Below are positions 23,101 to 31,553 of a stretch of 64,000 bases of DNA, one piece after another (position 1 is the first letter of the stretch; each line of letters starts with the position of its first letter). The DNA is from a virus. Location of the stretch: the IMG/VR virus record IMGVR_UViG_3300025276_000021; one strand, written 5' to 3'. The translations under genes were made by a program, and so were the position numbers. The notes beneath the pieces were generated by a model that was given only the letters and a program-made list of their open reading frames with translations, had not been told where the DNA came from and searched no databases.

Positions 23101-26100
23101 TCCAACACTAAGCATATTTTCAAAATATACATCACCCTTTACTTCAAGATCACTGTCAAAATTACCAGAACCAAGAACGTCGAGATTGTGTGTTGCTTCA
23201 CGACCCGTCTTATTGATTGCAATTTTTAGTTTACCATCATATCGGAAACTATTAGCTTCATCATCGCCTGTTACAGGGTGCGGCGCACCGATGTAAACTG
23301 CGTTAAAGCTATCGTGTTTCCAGTAATAATCAGAATCCCAAACACTAATAACAAATGCACTATCAATCTGGGCCTGAATCCAAGACGCTGTGATGCCGCC
23401 ACCACCATCTTGCTTTATCCAATTAGTATCATCGTATGGTGTGTTAGGCACAAGCACATGTTGAATCCAAGCCGAATCTGCAGCACTTAAAATATACGAA
23501 CTATCAATAAAAGACTTATATAATGCACTATCAAACTGCGCTCTAATATGAGTTTGATCAAGATAGTTTTCTTGAATCATCCATGACTTGCTAGGCCAAC
23601 CTTCTCCATTAGCCATGATTGGGGGCGTACCACCGTTATATACGCCATTTTTGTACATAGCTTTATTCATGTTAAAGGGATTAGTTCTTACATTTAGACG
23701 CCCTTGAACATCAAGACCTATAGAATCTCCAGTGCCACCACTCAAATTGCCTTTATTGAAAGATGTACTTTGTTGGTATGCTGTTGTCTGAAAAGTACCT
23801 ACATTAGTAGCGCCGTCTGCCATAGTTTTATATTGACCAGTCCAAGCTTGATCGTTTGATAAGCCTATAGCAACAGCTTTTGGTTCATCGTTTGGATTAT
23901 ATACAAGTGCGTCTGGTAATACACGCCAGTTGTTTTCTGAATCAACTCTTTGTTGAACGTAGTCTGTATCAAACATATCAAAAACAGCATTATAAATCGC
24001 GCTTCCTGGTCTAACAACAAAGCTGTCGAGAGACATAGGATTGCCTAATGCATTATAGCCAATATAAAAACTGTCATTATCTGTATCGTCTAACCAATGT
24101 ACGCTACCCGCAACAGTAAGTTTACCTGTTATATAAACGCTGTCGCCAAATAAGGCTGTAGTTGCACCAGTAAGTGAGCCAGCAATAGTTAGATCGCCTC
24201 CGGCTGTAATACTATCACTAAACTCGCCAAATGTAGCACCAGTTAAAGAACCCCCAATAGTTAGATCGCCTCCGGCTGTAATACTATCACTAAACTCGCC
24301 AAATGTAGCACCAGTAAGTGAGCCAGCAATAGTTAGATCGCCTCCGGCTGTAATACTATCACTAAACTCGCCAAATGTAGCACCAGTAAGTGAGCCAGCA
24401 ATAGTTAGATCGCCTCCGGCTGTAATGCTATCACCGAATTTACCATAAGAAGCTATATCTAGATAGTTACCGCCTTTGATATATCCGCTAGTAACATCTA
24501 AATAATTACCGTTGACTATTACATCTTTAGCTACACTTAAAGAATCGCCTAGTGTTGTAGTTCCCTTAACAATTAAGTCACTATCAATAATTACGCTATT
24601 TTTGAAACGTGAGGGCGCGACAGATATAACAGGCTTCGGTTGAAGTTTAAGATAAGCGCCGAACGGAATGCTAGTGCCAGATACTGCACCCCAAAAAGAT
24701 GGATCATAATTATCTGTTGCGGGATCGCCTGTATTATTAAGAGTTATGACACCCGCACTAAGCTTAGATCGGCTAGTACCCTTGAGAGTACTAACATTAG
24801 TAGTGTCTGTAATGTCTCTGAGACTAAAACTATCTCCTTGAGGACCAATAGCTGAAATTGTGTAAATAGAGTCATTTAAGAATTGCCCTATTGTAGACAC
24901 CGCCGGCAATTCAAATTGAATTGTTTTTCCGATAGTCAATAGACCATTAGTATTTTGAACAACGACAACAGCAGGATTACTTTGTTCAATGTCTATTACA
25001 GTACTCAATGGCAATGCAACAGGCTCAGGAACTATTTCAATATCAACGGGTTCAATGCCAAAGATGTAATCTCTAAGTTCTATATCATTAACATATATTG
25101 TTGCATCATAACTATCACCAGGAACAATGAGTGGTGTTCCGGAGACGCCAGTGCCATCAGTCATCACTCCACTCTTATATCCAAAGTGAATTGTACCACC
25201 AGAAACATCAAGCGCACCTCTAGCATATGATCTACCTATTGCAACTTTCGTATTATTGCTTTCGCCGACGAGATTTGAACTTGTTGGATTACTCAAAACA
25301 ATTTGATTTGCGTGTCCACCGGGAGGATTAGTTAGTGTTGTTTTCTGACCTAAAAGAAATACGGGCTTACTTAATGTTGTTGCAATTCTATTATCTTTAC
25401 CAATCACATATGCATTTTGCAGATTATGAGCAGCGGAATCTACAATATTGTCTCTACCGATAAAGAAATTGCCTGATCTGGTGCCGGTTGTTCCGTTCAA
25501 AGACGATCTATCAGAATCTTTATTACCTTCGCCTATAAAGACTGAATATGATCCTTTAATATGATTCGAACCAGTGCCCATTGCTATCGATACACTGTTG
25601 GCTCCGATTATTTTTGTATTATTACCGCCTATAGATATTGATCTAGAGCCTGATATAGTGTGATTTGTACCACCTATTGCAATTGCACGACTACCTTCAA
25701 TAGTACCACTCGCATTTAATGCAGTTGCGTATGTGCCCGAAATCGTAGTACTGCCTTGTACATTAAATGCTGCGGCGTAGTTAGCTTCTAATGTGACGGC
25801 TCCTGCACCACCGATAATTGTGTTTCTTTGTGATTTTATTCTGGATCCAGAAGCTGCAGATATCATACTGGAATAATCTGAAGTACTGTCTATCTGCGAA
25901 CTAACGCTGTTTAATATCATACTATATGATGGTTGAGAACTCTGACCTACACCACCTATATTAACACTTTGACCGCCAAGGATAATTGATTTTGTGCCAT
26001 ATATATTACCGTCAAACGCGCCTATGACAGTTGAATATGATCCTAGACTATCAACTTTCGATGTACTGAAAGCATTTGCTACCATAGAATAATCACCAGC

Positions 26101-29100
26101 AGCATGACTTGTATTACCGCCTAAGACTGTACTATAGTCTCCGATAACTTTATTTTTATAACCAATACCAATAGAATGTGCGCCCATAGAATCGTTACTG
26201 TGTTGCGAGGCAATTATTTGTCCTGCTCTTAAAATACCACCTTCAGGATAATATGTGAATAAACTTGGAGCGGCATTTACACCACCTGCTGATCTGTATT
26301 GTGCAAAACTACTAGTGCCTGCAGCAGAATCAAAATGATCTACCAAATTTTTATAATTAGAGCTATAGTCACCTCTTACTAAAATATCGCCCGTTATTTC
26401 TAAAATATGATTTGGCGCGGGTGTATATACACCAAGATTTTTATTTGGTTCGCTATATGTAGTTTGAATTCCATCGTCTATCCATGGATTTGTATTTTCT
26501 ACACCATTTGGGCCGCGCTTGAAGAATGAACCTTCATAAATTAAATCGCCTTTAACAAGAAGGTTACCAACACCAACTGAAATACCAGCTTCTACAAGAT
26601 CGGAATCACTACCGATAGTAACACTTCCTTCTTGGATAGACATAAAGTTATCCGCTGTAGTTGGTACCCATGTCTTAGAGCCTGTACCAACACCTAAGTT
26701 AAAGCCCACAGAGTTATCGCCGCGTATATCTAGATTTTTACCGAAAGCGAATGAGTTTGTGTTGCCTGTTGCAATTGTAGAGCCAGAGCCAAAAGCGAAA
26801 CTGAGGTTTGCGCCGACATTATGCCCTTTACCCAGAACATAAGATGCATTTCCAGACACTACATTAGGTGTTCCTGCTTCACCGCCGATTGCGATAGATG
26901 CTGATCCTCCAACAATATTATAATTACCTATACCAATAGACAATTCTGCAACACTGTTATTTGAACCTATTGCTATAGAGTTATTACTATCTGCTAAGTT
27001 TAATTTACCTATTGCGATACCAATGTCTGCATTTACGACATTTAGTTCACCAATCGCAATACCTGTTGTAGGATTTGTTGAATTAAAAGTCGGTTCCCAG
27101 TGATACGCTGCATAATTGCCAGGGCCCTGGAAATCAATTACTTCATTATCTTTACCAATAGCTATAGAATATGCACCAGAGTTTGCTTGGAATGTACCAA
27201 CTCTATTTGTTTTACCTACTGAAAAGCTGTGTGGAGCATATGCGCGTGATGTATCGCCCGCAGCAAAAGAAAATATGCTTGCGCGAGTATTTTTACCAAA
27301 CGCTGCAGAGAAACCACCAAAAGCAGATGGTTCATTGCCCGCGATATCAGTAAAGTCAAAATAACCAGCTCTAAATCTAGCTTGTGTTGTATCAAAAAGA
27401 AGCCTTGACTTATCACTATCGTCAGAAACAGTTGGATATCCAAGGCTAGCTAAAATTTCGTTTTGTGCAGACGGCTGTAGAGGATATACAATTGGACCAG
27501 ATGGAGTGGGGTTGAGTGCTGTTGAAGCAATCTGTGCTGAGAACGAAAATGTTTTGCCTGTAGCATCAATATCGAATTTAGGATTGCTTTTACCAATCGC
27601 AACACGACTTCCAATTCCTGTCGGACCGTGTACCTTTGCCGGATCTGGAACATATTGTACATCTGCAATATCACCAGCAGGACCAAACGGAGTCTTATCG
27701 AAAATGCCACCAGCAGTATACTTTTCTCCATCTTTGAAAAGATCGCCCGTCATATTTAAAGAGCCGTCTTTACGCAGTTCTAAAAGATTACTGTCCGCGT
27801 TACTTTTAATAGTGACTAAACTTATATCTTCGCCTGCAATTCGAGATGCTATTGCAGAATCTTTACTAATGTCAGATTTAAATGTGTTATTTTGTAGAGT
27901 TGATGTAAAACTATCAAGTGTAGTTTCTATTCCATAAAAAGTGTGGGGTGTAATAACACCACGGTCTGTTCCGCTATAATTTCTTCCTAATGAAGAATCG
28001 CCAATTTTTAATGTTTCTGCAAATAAATTATTTGTTGTTAATGTACCGTCATTAGTTATGCGAGTATTATACCATCCTGAATCTGCATCTGCCGCAAAAC
28101 CTTCGCCACCGGCACCTGCATTACCAGCGACAATTTTTTTACCTATCTGAAGTCCAACGTCTGTTCCATGATTAGCAGAAACACTACTACCGTATATTAA
28201 ACCACTATCTTGAACTAATCTATTATTATTATCTGTAAAAATAAGTCGATGTTCATCTGCAAAATTCCAGAACATACTATCAACAAAGGTCTTATCTATG
28301 TAACCAAGATTATAATTTAATACGATGCCTTCATTCTGTGTAATAAATGCGCTGTCTGATGTAAATTGACTTATAGTTCCAGAGTCGTAAATTACATGTG
28401 AGCCGCTTAATTTTGCAATTCTTCCACTATCTGCGTCGATAGTTGGTGTTATTATACCTACAGATGTACGCCATTTATTTTCTGTTGCGTCCCAATAAAT
28501 ACTTGCTCTACCGTAAATACCCGCAGAAGGTTCTCCGTAAACTGTAATGCCAGCGCCGTCTGCGGCAGCATCATTTATTGCACTATCTGCAATGAGAATA
28601 TTTTTGTCATTTGTAGAAACTACAGTTGAATTAACAATAGTTTGATCGCCATCAATTTGCAAATCGCCCTTGATTAAAACTTTGCCTGTGTTGTCGCCAA
28701 TGCCAGAAGGATCGATTGTAATTGTAGAAGGACCCGTGATTAACGGCTGATAAGACGTATGAATTGTAGCGTATGTAATTTCTGCTGAGTCAGATGTAAG
28801 TTGTCCGATGTTAGCACTATCGATATCTGCGCGAGAAATATATGCACTATCAATATCAACTTGACTAATGTCGGCACTGTCAATATTTGCATAATTAATT
28901 GTTGCATGATCAATGTGTGCGCTATCAACATCTAAGTTATCGACATGTGCGCTATCAATATCTGCATATTTAACATAAGCAGAATCAATAGTTACATTAT
29001 CAATATGCCCACTATCAAGATCCATAAATTTGACATAAGCAGAATCGATAGACACGTTATCAATATGGGCACTATCCACATCAGCATATCGAATATAAGC

Positions 29101-29586
29101 AGAGTCAATAGACACGTTATCAATATGGGCACTGTCAATATCGGCATATTGTATATAAGCACTATCAACAGAAATATTATGAATATAGGCACTATCTGCT
29201 CCCAAATAAGTTATATGTGCTGAATCTGACATAAGGTTGTTAATGACTGCGCTATCAGCATCAAGAAATCTAATGTAAGCAGAATCTATGCTTGCATTTG
29301 TAATTTCAGCACTATCTAATTTCAGATAGTCTAAGTTTCTGTCAGGTCCAAGTACAGCAACCATTCCCGCAGAAGCTATTCCTGGAGTAGAATTGAGTAT
29401 TTCTGTAAATCTTTCTCCACCAATCACAGCTATTGCTGAGGCATCACCAGTAGAGTTAATTGCTGGACCTATTCCAATATATAGTTGCTTTGAAGCGTCT
29501 GCATAAGAATATGCTAATTCACCAACTTTTAGTGATGCTGGAGTTAATAGATCGCCGGATCGTTTTATTCGGATAATTGCTGGCAT
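14158..29586 (-). CDS. Giant tail fibre / adhesin-like protein (5142 aa)
   Basis: N-terminal IRIKRS...LKVGELAY (Mtd-N-like anchor). Long YadA-head-like (S/A)xAIG/AFG repeat tracts, fibre motif APDALNTLVELASALGND, many DSA repeats, and a C-terminal LP..ATLGDEIRIID...NNITINRNG...GLVY...GW domain of the T4 gp9/10/34 type. Confidence 0.8.
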   Translation of the reverse strand: MPAIIRIKRSGDLLTPASLKVGELAYSYADASKQLYIGIGPAINSTGDASAIAVIGGERFTEILNSTPGIASAGMVAVLGPDRNLDYLKLDSAEITNASIDSAYIRFLDADSAVINNLMSDSAHITYLGADSAYIHNISVDSAYIQYADIDSAHIDNVSIDSAYIRYADVDSAHIDNVSIDSAYVKFMDLDSGHIDNVTIDSAYVKYADIDSAHVDNLDVDSAHIDHATINYANIDSADISQVDIDSAYISRADIDSANIGQLTSDSAEITYATIHTSYQPLITGPSTITIDPSGIGDNTGKVLIKGDLQIDGDQTIVNSTVVSTNDKNILIADSAINDAAADGAGITVYGEPSAGIYGRASIYWDATENKWRTSVGIITPTIDADSGRIAKLSGSHVIYDSGTISQFTSDSAFITQNEGIVLNYNLGYIDKTFVDSMFWNFADEHRLIFTDNNNRLVQDSGLIYGSSVSANHGTDVGLQIGKKIVAGNAGAGGEGFAADADSGWYNTRITNDGTLTTNNLFAETLKIGDSSLGRNYSGTDRGVITPHTFYGIETTLDSFTSTLQNNTFKSDISKDSAIASRIAGEDISLVTIKSNADSNLLELRKDGSLNMTGDLFKDGEKYTAGGIFDKTPFGPAGDIADVQYVPDPAKVHGPTGIGSRVAIGKSNPKFDIDATGKTFSFSAQIASTALNPTPSGPIVYPLQPSAQNEILASLGYPTVSDDSDKSRLLFDTTQARFRAGYFDFTDIAGNEPSAFGGFSAAFGKNTRASIFSFAAGDTSRAYAPHSFSVGKTNRVGTFQANSGAYSIAIGKDNEVIDFQGPGNYAAYHWEPTFNSTNPTTGIAIGELNVVNADIGIAIGKLNLADSNNSIAIGSNNSVAELSIGIGNYNIVGGSASIAIGGEAGTPNVVSGNASYVLGKGHNVGANLSFAFGSGSTIATGNTNSFAFGKNLDIRGDNSVGFNLGVGTGSKTWVPTTADNFMSIQEGSVTIGSDSDLVEAGISVGVGNLLVKGDLIYEGSFFKRGPNGVENTNPWIDDGIQTTYSEPNKNLGVYTPAPNHILEITGDILVRGDYSSNYKNLVDHFDSAAGTSSFAQYRSAGGVNAAPSLFTYYPEGGILRAGQIIASQHSNDSMGAHSIGIGYKNKVIGDYSTVLGGNTSHAAGDYSMVANAFSTSKVDSLGSYSTVIGAFDGNIYGTKSIILGGQSVNIGGVGQSSQPSYSMILNSVSSQIDSTSDYSSMISAASGSRIKSQRNTIIGGAGAVTLEANYAAAFNVQGSTTISGTYATALNASGTIEGSRAIAIGGTNHTISGSRSISIGGNNTKIIGANSVSIAMGTGSNHIKGSYSVFIGEGNKDSDRSSLNGTTGTRSGNFFIGRDNIVDSAAHNLQNAYVIGKDNRIATTLSKPVFLLGQKTTLTNPPGGHANQIVLSNPTSSNLVGESNNTKVAIGRSYARGALDVSGGTIHFGYKSGVMTDGTGVSGTPLIVPGDSYDATIYVNDIELRDYIFGIEPVDIEIVPEPVALPLSTVIDIEQSNPAVVVVQNTNGLLTIGKTIQFELPAVSTIGQFLNDSIYTISAIGPQGDSFSLRDITDTTNVSTLKGTSRSKLSAGVITLNNTGDPATDNYDPSFWGAVSGTSIPFGAYLKLQPKPVISVAPSRFKNSVIIDSDLIVKGTTTLGDSLSVAKDVIVNGNYLDVTSGYIKGGNYLDIASYGKFGDSITAGGDLTIAGSLTGATFGEFSDSITAGGDLTIAGSLTGATFGEFSDSITAGGDLTIGGSLTGATFGEFSDSITAGGDLTIAGSLTGATTALFGDSVYITGKLTVAGSVHWLDDTDNDSFYIGYNALGNPMSLDSFVVRPGSAIYNAVFDMFDTDYVQQRVDSENNWRVLPDALVYNPNDEPKAVAIGLSNDQAWTGQYKTMADGATNVGTFQTTAYQQSTSFNKGNLSGGTGDSIGLDVQGRLNVRTNPFNMNKAMYKNGVYNGGTPPIMANGEGWPSKSWMIQENYLDQTHIRAQFDSALYKSFIDSSYILSAADSAWIQHVLVPNTPYDDTNWIKQDGGGGITASWIQAQIDSAFVISVWDSDYYWKHDSFNAVYIGAPHPVTGDDEANSFRYDGKLKIAINKTGREATHNLDVLGSGNFDSDLEVKGDVYFENMLSVGSYSGLDNIGANENKIVGTKGLYVGDSTHLRGGLLVLGHDNVLDSEYTFTFDSSYLNLRQAKTLNTVELQTQIGNPDAGADEQHVSFLFNDSVDDRYTRIVRVDSNGNSSVLVQGVHYDSLGNTALFDSAIYGIGGVYNALKTHINYSKTVYVLETALATNDISATANSRWMYPDTTSTRNTIILAAKKYDDAGVLQDKDSNLIDDNGDSLDINAGISLHGVNDPIVKLLDSLGNFKGQLTNDNNRDFKIINNQYIEIYDDLRLSSEPFPGGNSAAVSDSLGTIKLGDKFIIQDYSVKLTSETNIFGPTNLYGEVVLGSAAMATAAKPGYPHIGSRFTTHDSFIVKGGMRFESNATGTLEFFQDVHVDSQSTWFFGPSKTITNSTIVPAVLEDKQESDGSGTLSGRVESDGGPNLTNSFVQGTPTGVIHLRTEKDGYGHYSNIIAASTIDSSYNLAKGMDSHIIDNLAAAANTTIKQLTMDPNGVMYYGAIQNISSSAFKQDSDGIGNSLGKIESDGTFDGTLGPWYDPTNADPAIAARNPDSAGNPRRTVVTTVTGKQATLDSYVVRVLESLPLNDIPTLTLSLPVTIHDSVYNRTLTVEDSIDAGGNIKAGGNIDVGGKSFFKDDIDVDSQGSVFVSNPMYYFKHESDGTGSGIKTVFPPNTYNQYHSTLKHVRAQKFFETSVNYQTFFTTEGDAQNVMYKIESDGSPVFGGKAYTTPTGKLHHVLNADGTRKILRVDVDDHIARIVDSDYIGTRLETPWNIEQTGSQKKIYYDEEGAVIIGPKNTLLATDDFTKFIVDSGNAVFLSSILEADQNNPIRGSIPNYNSASSMMWFGTRGALRIGALDYATSADFWKDSNVGFKSIAIGSNTRAGHHSTALGNDTKAGVTFDETVSGSVNRTHAVSIGQTIINENFGSVALGQGITNTDVNTVHRFSTNNIVSIGQTIFSYGANNLSIGATINTPTANLAANIVSIGKGLTTLTTNADNSILIGKDVSISKTALAIGYTINTTNALNSTIMGHTITTNNAASSIVMGRNFSIDNAANSVFVGASNFSSQRGSEVVSIGRNNITTTTSARRSVVVGTGAKSTRSDAVAVGNNAVVNSAQAVAVGKDVEVQTRGSHGVVIGRNSKVNSHYGSSIGYDVEVTGSSNATGIGRQIYAAGGGTAIGNSLYATSGGLAIGQNVYAYGANGLALGRSVKSGNSGVVIGEGSLINGTNAVSIGKGNSAASSNGVAIGRSNKTTGNSGVAIGMNNLASGGTAFASGHGSVASGTQSTAIGYRTLASGRLSVSVGRNNTVGTNSTGVGSSNTVGTNYIVIGHGNSTSSSGNYEYTVGTYNTGNVDTNVVGRSNTGNNSSEIFGNSNTGNYRVTIFGHSNTASTSSTNNNLESMVYGRANTVAGYNGIAFGSSNQVSYSGQAFGKSNTTDGGIAFGHNNTASTSNSFSSAFGRLNNAASDGIAFGRSNTVTNNAIAFGRDITAANNAIAIGRNISADGLNTISLGHNVSTAATATNSVSIGLGSTQVTSSTPDTLSIQGGTVIIGQDVVNTVPSSPTLNSSTKSVTTSNGAWSNTDIGLEVYGNINVCGDVGGRNNQFFVQGMRLYDYIRQIASDSDHIKFIADSDYIHSAVTKEYLRQTQTDDMFFQNDNSGPTGDLLYNGQGAVGIGLDKSSFDNNPNYLRYPPNGFDYKPAIPYKLDVKGNVNLDGLTYQGDVILPLVQEDAVYLNHVTEAYTISISEESATLWFDSTYINERASFGGNPLHANDSVAVFEMIDADYINDRVDTTPWPSFEDLQERLDSAIDPSMIAFRVNGPSPKFGNDYPITPTGWTQFTNPSAFEALYNTKVGIGKSPYDVTLISGNTIVQGTELIDFLGKTTPGASNAGLGVGGKVVISGPQDPAGFVEKAALEIWNGHIEINGEKLQITNVFEEGSTYTVYDNTKFLGIGKTTPAFELDVAGKINADDGVFINSVNIVDLLDSDYVKTVASYEWIRELADSDYIHSAADSDHISTIVNENYLKEIIDSAYIHSAADSDHIKFIADSAYILGTDLKSVIDSAYILSAADSAYVLGTDLKSVIDSAYILSAADSAYVLGTDLKSVIDSAYILSAADSAYVKTVADSAYILSAADSAYILSAADSGYIQSVLNSAHNVIPAAHEIYDLGSPTRAWRDLHLSGNTINLGGISLSSSPTGISIADENGIASKVIGIDSNAASNMIDSAYVQSRANITWIKSVADSAYILSADLKSVIDSAYITSISNIFVDSAYVQSRQEAASASDIANVVTTAYINTAIGIGTSDIDFGANKIAYSNNYPTIASMPSPSTYEGMFAMQAGKPRVAQGGSWNVLPTEDFVRTIADSAVNGLVGAAPDALNTLVELASALGNDSNFSTTITNSIADKLPLAGGTLTGDLNLGSNKVLYSNVYSTEGDLPSASTYHGMFAHVHGTQKAYYSHAGNWIQLANASDIDSAYINARVVIPPAFDSADASFVAGNLVDSAYVNARVVIPAAFDSADASFVAGNLVDSAYIQARVSAGTDSAAIVNLIDSAYIGARVTVSEETVANTVDSAYIQARVGTTTGFDIYKYTATQNQTVFTGNDENGIALEFLATNNSPLVYFNGALLRFNDDYTRTGTDTVTLNTAADSTDEITIMGFKNATGSVVYNTTTQVAYTKPKFVNYKFEADSGSTVFTGTDVNGINASFDADKIQVFNNGIRLVLGADYSVTATNTITTTYGLDSGDEIIINAIVHGTELYDASILDSADIIEIAGGSSGGGLTVSDTAPASPEEGQMWFDPEALETYVYYTDDNATSQWVKANPSGASSVVSLIDSAYINARVSSGSSGTDSASVIGLIDSAYINARVVIPAAFDSADVVGIVDSAYISARTSAPNSWSEVTSTVTVTAGQRLILDTSTAIVVNLPVTATLGDEIRIIDGTGNASTNNITINRNGHKIEASDSDLTIDVDRAAFGLVYYNTANGWLFTEK
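15470..15710 (-). repeat. Coding repeat DSAY(I/V)NARVVIPxAFDSADASFVAGNLV, shared with the 627-aa fibre
   Basis: Two tandem 28-aa units here; near-identical DNA recurs at about 14460-14630, 35680-35760 and 36130-36620. Confidence 0.85.
16690..16990 (-). repeat. 69-bp coding tandem repeat (DLKSVIDSAYILSAADSAYVLGT)
   Basis: tttaaatctg recurs at 16811, 16880 and 16949, followed by shorter DSAYILSAA units. Confidence 0.9.
24164..24433 (-). repeat. 72-bp coding tandem repeat, about 4 copies (DSITAGGDLTIAGSLTGATFGEFS)
   Basis: caatagttagatcgcctccggctgtaat recurs every 72 nt, nearly identical at DNA level. Confidence 0.92.
28780..29320 (-). repeat. Decapeptide repeat tract (DSAYIxYADI / DSAHIDNVSI), probable trimeric beta-structure shaft
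   Basis: DS recurs every 10 residues over about 180 aa near the N-terminus of the 5142-aa protein. Confidence 0.85.
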
Positions 29587-29617
29587 AAAAACTTTACCTT
29601 AAATTTAGATTCAATTG

Positions 29618-29625
29618 TATTTATA
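29618..29625 (-). promoter_or_regulatory. T4-type late promoter for the giant fibre gene
   Basis: TATAAATA in the intergenic gap about 30 nt upstream of ATG 29586. Confidence 0.85.
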
Positions 29626-29629
29626 CAAA

Positions 29630-29869
29630 CTAGAAGCCTTCTCCCGCATCAATGATCTGTTTATCCAATAAAATACTGGCATCATATTGTCCAGATATTG
29701 GATTGTAAACCAATAGTTGACCATCCGCAGCGACATTGTTCGGTGCATTAACATTTTGCAATTCACCTAGGTCTGATACAACTCTAATTTGCGCGACCTG
29801 AGGAACAGGAGTGCCCACAACAACCCTTTTGATAATTGTGTTGGAACTTACTACTTTTACATTTGACAT
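29630..29869 (-). CDS. Small structural-module protein (79 aa)
   Basis: AGGAG site; LGELQNV...DGQLLVYN fibre-type motif; ends IDAGEGF. Confidence 0.65.
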   Translation of the reverse strand: MSNVKVVSSNTIIKRVVVGTPVPQVAQIRVVSDLGELQNVNAPNNVAADGQLLVYNPISGQYDASILLDKQIIDAGEGF

Positions 29870-29878
29870 TTTTTTCTC

Positions 29879-30265
29879 CTAAGATATGCCCGGCGTGACT
29901 GTGAGGGTGCCCTCTAATATCCTCTCCACTATATTAGAATTTGTCGCAGAATCAATACTTGTTATTTCAACGTCATAGACGTATCTACCGGGTTTCATAG
30001 TTTCTGTCTGAATATTAGTTAGCGATAGTTGTAAAATATTAGGATTATTCAAATCTAAAAATGAAGTATTAAAAGAAACGAAAGTTGCAGAATCCGCTGT
30101 ATAACTTTTCGCTACTTTACCCGAAGCAGTAAATGGAGCAATTGTTGCACCAGTATTAGGATCAAGTTTTTTAAATTTTTTCTCGCTGCCGTCTGTGTTG
30201 AAACACTCTAGGCTTATCATAATATCGCTACCTTGATCAACCATAATATCTTCCGATTGTGCCAT
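29879..30265 (-). CDS. Conserved T4-like virion structural protein (128 aa)
   Basis: VDQGSD...LSLT..QT..MKPGRYVYDVEI...RILEGTLTVTPG pattern common in marine T4-like structural modules. Confidence 0.75.
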   Translation of the reverse strand: MAQSEDIMVDQGSDIMISLECFNTDGSEKKFKKLDPNTGATIAPFTASGKVAKSYTADSATFVSFNTSFLDLNNPNILQLSLTNIQTETMKPGRYVYDVEITSIDSATNSNIVERILEGTLTVTPGIS

Positions 30266-30275
30266 TTATTATCTC

Positions 30276-31553
30276 CTATGTAAATGTTGGTGTGTCTGGA
30301 TCAAGCCCTGATGATGGGGTAATATGAGGACCATAATCACCATCAAAAAACATAATTCTTACAAAAGCGTCACCACCAGACTCTGACGCATATGGACCAT
30401 AATTAGCGTATTGGCCCTCGCCGCCAAAACCATATCCAGTAGCAAAGCCTGCTCTGCCCATAAATGCGTTAACGCCTTGCGACCGCCAATAACCGCCAGA
30501 AGGTTGAGTATTAGACCATAAACGAATTTTATTCACACTGTATATTTCATAACCTCTCCCGCGAAGTTTATTTGAGAGTTGATCACTCGCTAAAAACCCT
30601 GCCGCTGCGCCACCATAACCACCTTTGCTGTTAATTCCATAAGCAGATGTATTGCCTCCGACTACGAGACGTCCCGTCCCGTAGTCCTCACGGTACGCAT
30701 ATGGAACATAACCCATACCGCCTTGTCCACCATTTAGCCATATATCAGAGCCATTAGTTCCATTACTTCCACTATTATTATCAGCAGATGGACTATATAA
30801 AGTTCTTGTGTTCCCTCCGAAATAATCCGCACCAACGTCATAGTCTGCTATTAATTTCGATTTCGATTGTGAAGCCAGTCCTCCAGGAACTCTCAACGCA
30901 TAGGTCGTGTTCACTTTAACATAAGTCTCTGCGCCGTTATTATTATTTCCACCATTGCTGTACTGTGTTCCAAAAGTTCCTCTGGAACCAGCGATGGCGT
31001 TATTATCATAGACGCCGCCGGAGCTGGCACCACCTGCTCCGACTTGGATATTGATTACATCACCGCCCGAAACTTGCTGTTGAAATTTTATTGCATATGC
31101 GCCGCCATTACCACCAGTGGCTGCTGAACCACCAAAAGTGCTCTCTTGTTGACCACTACCCCAACCGCCGGGTGGACTAATTAGCGCCATACCAACTGTA
31201 CCACTGCCACCAGAACCTTGAATGATTATTCTCATATGTTTATAGCCGCTATTTTGGGGTATCTGAAAACTATGTGGCGTGGTGACCCCTACCGAAGAAC
31301 AAAAAAAATGTTCATCCCAAAATGGCCGGACGCTAAAATTGCCTAAAGATATTTTTCCAGATTCTGGAACACCATACTCATTACTTCCCAAAAGATATGC
31401 ACCGTCTGAGTCTGATACAAGTCCACCGCCCTTGTAATAACTAGAAAGGCTTACAGGTGAACTTCCACCAAAATGGGTCTGTAGTTCACTTAATCGTAAA
31501 TCATCTCCAAATAAAGGATACTGATTATTGGGTATAAAACGTCTAGTTGCCAT
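30276..31553 (-). CDS. Glycine-rich tail-fibre adhesin (gp38-like)
   Basis: N-terminal LSELQTHFGGSSPVSLSSYYKGG..VPESGKISLGNF docking-type motif, then Gly-rich loops; directly follows an S74-chaperone fibre. Confidence 0.7.
   Translation of the reverse strand: MATRRFIPNNQYPLFGDDLRLSELQTHFGGSSPVSLSSYYKGGGLVSDSDGAYLLGSNEYGVPESGKISLGNFSVRPFWDEHFFCSSVGVTTPHSFQIPQNSGYKHMRIIIQGSGGSGTVGMALISPPGGWGSGQQESTFGGSAATGGNGGAYAIKFQQQVSGGDVINIQVGAGGASSGGVYDNNAIAGSRGTFGTQYSNGGNNNNGAETYVKVNTTYALRVPGGLASQSKSKLIADYDVGADYFGGNTRTLYSPSADNNSGSNGTNGSDIWLNGGQGGMGYVPYAYREDYGTGRLVVGGNTSAYGINSKGGYGGAAAGFLASDQLSNKLRGRGYEIYSVNKIRLWSNTQPSGGYWRSQGVNAFMGRAGFATGYGFGGEGQYANYGPYASESGGDAFVRIMFFDGDYGPHITPSSGLDPDTPTFT

Noticed and set aside
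15470-29320. Tandem repeats as a possible CRISPR array
   Set aside because: Units are multiples of three, in frame within one CDS, lack unique spacers, and no cas genes are present.
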